From: Candidatus Vogelbacteria bacterium
Lineage (GTDB): Bacteria; Patescibacteriota; Minisyncoccia; Phycocordibacterales; UBA12445
DNA length: 44,231 nucleotides
Direction: 5' to 3'
Assembly: GCA_016201465.1 (NCBI GenBank)
Contig: JACQCV010000032.1
Span: 1-44,231 of the forward strand
The position numbers were made by a program, and so were the translations under genes. This document shows positions 42,743-44,231 of the stretch, in pieces (position 1 is the stretch's first letter; every line of letters starts with the position of its first letter). The notes beneath the pieces are model-generated. The model did no database searches and had not been told where the DNA came from. It saw only the letters and a program-made list of their open reading frames with translations.

Positions 42743-43510
42743 CTATCTTACGAGATTAACCCTAGGATAAATTTCAAACGTCTGGTGGTCACCGAGAAAT
42801 GGATTTGGCCAAGTAAAGAAGATATCACTACTCCTGCCCTTCTGTATACCATTCACAAATGTTTGGCTGACAGCAACAGCATTATTATCACTATCATAGA
42901 TCACGGCCGTGATAATTATGTCAGACAAATCAAAAACAGAATCGTTTATAAGTTCAGCAACCAGCCTAGGCATTTGTCCATTAGTTAAAACCTGGTTCTG
43001 CACAATAATTGGCGGCTTATTGGCCTTAGGATCTACTCGAGTCCAAGTAAGGTCCTGGCTAAATTCGACAATCGCTTTTAGAGGTATCCTCTTCCCTGTG
43101 TCTAGGCCCGTCTCAAAAATAACAAATTTGTCTCTGGCATTAACAAACACAGAGCCAGATTTATCAGTTATTGGAACATTTTCACTATCAAATAAAGTAA
43201 ACTTGTAGTCTAATTTTTTTAAGCCAAGATTAAAATTCGGATTTTCAATTAGCGCAGCGACATCATATTTACCACCTTCAACCTTGAATGTTCTCGCCCA
43301 GTCCTTAATAAGTGGACTAACCTCAACGGCACAAACCCGGCTACATGGCCCACCACAATCAACACCCAGTTCACCCTGGTTCTGTATATTATCGCTACAA
43401 CTTGCCGGATGCCAAAGAAATATCCAATAAATAGAATAAAATATAACGGCAAAAAAAAGGAAGACTATAAGCAAATATATTAAACGCCTTCGAACACTCC
43501 AAGATGACAT
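42743..43510 (-). CDS. Membrane-anchored hypothetical protein with N-proximal Cys-rich motif
   Basis: 255 aa with a TM anchor, then CSDNIQNQGELGVDCGGPCSRVC and a beta-rich domain. The stop abuts the SEDS start with no gap. Confidence 0.6.
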   Translation of the reverse strand: MSSWSVRRRLIYLLIVFLFFAVIFYSIYWIFLWHPASCSDNIQNQGELGVDCGGPCSRVCAVEVSPLIKDWARTFKVEGGKYDVAALIENPNFNLGLKKLDYKFTLFDSENVPITDKSGSVFVNARDKFVIFETGLDTGKRIPLKAIVEFSQDLTWTRVDPKANKPPIIVQNQVLTNGQMPRLVAELINDSVFDLSDIIITAVIYDSDNNAVAVSQTFVNGIQKGRSSDIFFTWPNPFLGDHQTFEIYPRVNLVR

Positions 43511-43544
43511 ATGGTTCTAATTATAATCTGTATTTGTATTAAAT

Positions 43545-43575
43545 CAAAACAGAAAGCCACTTACTAAAAGTGGCT
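43545..43575 (-). terminator. Rho-independent terminator
   Basis: AGCCACTT/AAGTGGCT stem followed on the minus strand by TTCTGTTTTG, after the stop at 43590. Confidence 0.6.
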
Positions 43576-43589
43576 CCAAACAAGAATGC

Positions 43590-43769
43590 TTACTTCCATT
43601 CCGACCAGAGATATAGACAAAACGATGTCGCACCAAGAAACAGTAGATCCGAAATCGGATCATCTAGAAGTAGTGGTGCCTTATCATAGGCATGCCTGAT
43701 AGCCATCGATAAGGTATTTACAGCCCCCACCACAAACAACATCCATGCAGCATACTTTTGCACGTACAT
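43590..43769 (-). CDS. 59-aa two-TM miniprotein
   Basis: GGAGGTG SD 4 nt before the ATG, with its own terminator. MYVQKYAAWMLFVVGAVNTLSMAIRHAYDKAPLLLDDPISDLLFLGATSFCLYLWSEWK. Confidence 0.55.
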   Translation of the reverse strand: MYVQKYAAWMLFVVGAVNTLSMAIRHAYDKAPLLLDDPISDLLFLGATSFCLYLWSEWK

Positions 43770-43859
43770 TTTTCACCTCCTCATTTCTCGCAAATTCAAA
43801 GTACTGTATTGTTTTCCTTACAGAAATTCCGTACGGCCGTTTAAAAGATCAAACGCTCT

Positions 43860-43971
43860 GTGTTGGCGACTAGCTACTTTCCCCTTCCATAGAGTATCAT
43901 CGCTACTATGGTGCTTAACTTCTGAGTTCGGAATGTTATCAGGTGTACCCACCACGTTAAATCACCAACAC
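43860..43971 (-). rRNA. rrf: 5S ribosomal RNA
   Basis: The minus strand contains CCGAACTCAGAAGTTAAGC. Terminal helix GTTGGTGA/TCGCCAAC. About 108-112 nt, downstream of the 23S. Confidence 0.9.
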
Positions 43972-44027
43972 ACAACGCTCGATCGAGCGCTATAATTTTT
44001 TAAAAAACATATTTCGTGACGTTCAAA

Positions 44028-44231
44028 TTTCCTAATAGGAATCGATCCATTAGTACTCCTCGGCTGAACGCATTACTGCGCTTACACCTAGAGCCTATCC
44101 CCGAACATATTACTATGCCCGAGCCCTTACAGGACCCAATCATCTCTTGGGGATCTCAAACGATTACTAATCGTAAAGTCGGCTTCCCTCTTAGATGCTT
44201 TCAGAGGTTATCCAATCCAGACTTAGCTACA
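44028..44231 (-). rRNA. rrl: 23S ribosomal RNA, 3' end (partial, continues beyond the window)
   Basis: The minus strand reads ..CTGAAAGCATCTAAG..GGTGTAAGCGCAGTAATGCGTTCAGCCGAGGAGTACTAATG.., matching the conserved 3' domain of bacterial 23S. The exact 3' end is approximate. Confidence 0.9.

Noticed and set aside
1-44231. CRISPR arrays, prophage modules, integrases, reverse transcriptases, restriction-modification or toxin-antitoxin pairs of known type.
   Set aside because: I saw no regularly spaced direct repeats and none of the hallmark motifs on either strand. The only repeats found are those around 40.35-41.69 kb.
1-44231. Alternative genetic code (UGA as Gly, as in Gracilibacteria/Absconditabacteria).
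   Set aside because: TGA terminates conserved proteins at their expected C-termini (SEDS gene at 41639, sugar transferase at 33724). Long ORFs are intact under the standard code.

Overview
AT-rich, compact bacterial chromosomal segment. It is coded almost entirely on the minus strand and reads cleanly with the standard code (TGA closes conserved C-termini). Three traits point to a reduced-genome, CPR/Patescibacteria-like organism, which is inference only: many small Cys-rich or hypothetical proteins with AAGGAGG Shine-Dalgarno sites and their own hairpin terminators, several nucleases, and a minimal envelope gene set. Housekeeping content: two ABC exporters, tRNA-Arg(CCT), tRNA-Gly(CCC), an FtsB/DivIC-like protein, lepA, murJ, a Wzy-like/TPR membrane protein, a VIT1 transporter, an M15 (VanY-like) carboxypeptidase, secD/secF, folD, glyA, an envelope glycan cluster (epimerase, polyprenyl-phosphate sugar transferase, GT4), a SEDS protein (FtsW/RodA), 5S rRNA and the 3' end of 23S rRNA. 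Between these lie visibly GC-richer accessory stretches (about 15.4-20.1 kb and 36.3-39.9 kb). They carry a DNase I-like EEP lipoprotein plus a NADAR-like gene, tandem small zinc-ribbon proteins, a CxxC-x17-CxxC protein, a Pol-beta-type nucleotidyltransferase plus membrane/Cys-cluster protein cassette, and two tandem EEP phosphodiesterase paralogs. The most unusual structures are these. (1) A RAYT-type HUH transposase sits between two identical 27-nt hairpins, inside a 1.2-kb insertion flanked by a 52-bp duplication of the SEDS gene 3' end that differs only at synonymous sites. (2) A tight four-gene operon (Cys/His HYV-module protein, cytoplasmic variant M23-like protein, two small unknowns) is followed by a 603-aa protein built around a module repeated internally and shared with the operon. 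(3) An orphan transcription unit with a consensus promoter and terminator could be a small basic protein or an ncRNA. (4) A nested-hairpin element lies in the glyA-folD spacer. (5) Two conserved genes (NADAR-like, guanylate-kinase-like) have N-terminal motifs upstream of any canonical start codon. No CRISPR array, prophage or recognisable classical defence genes were seen.
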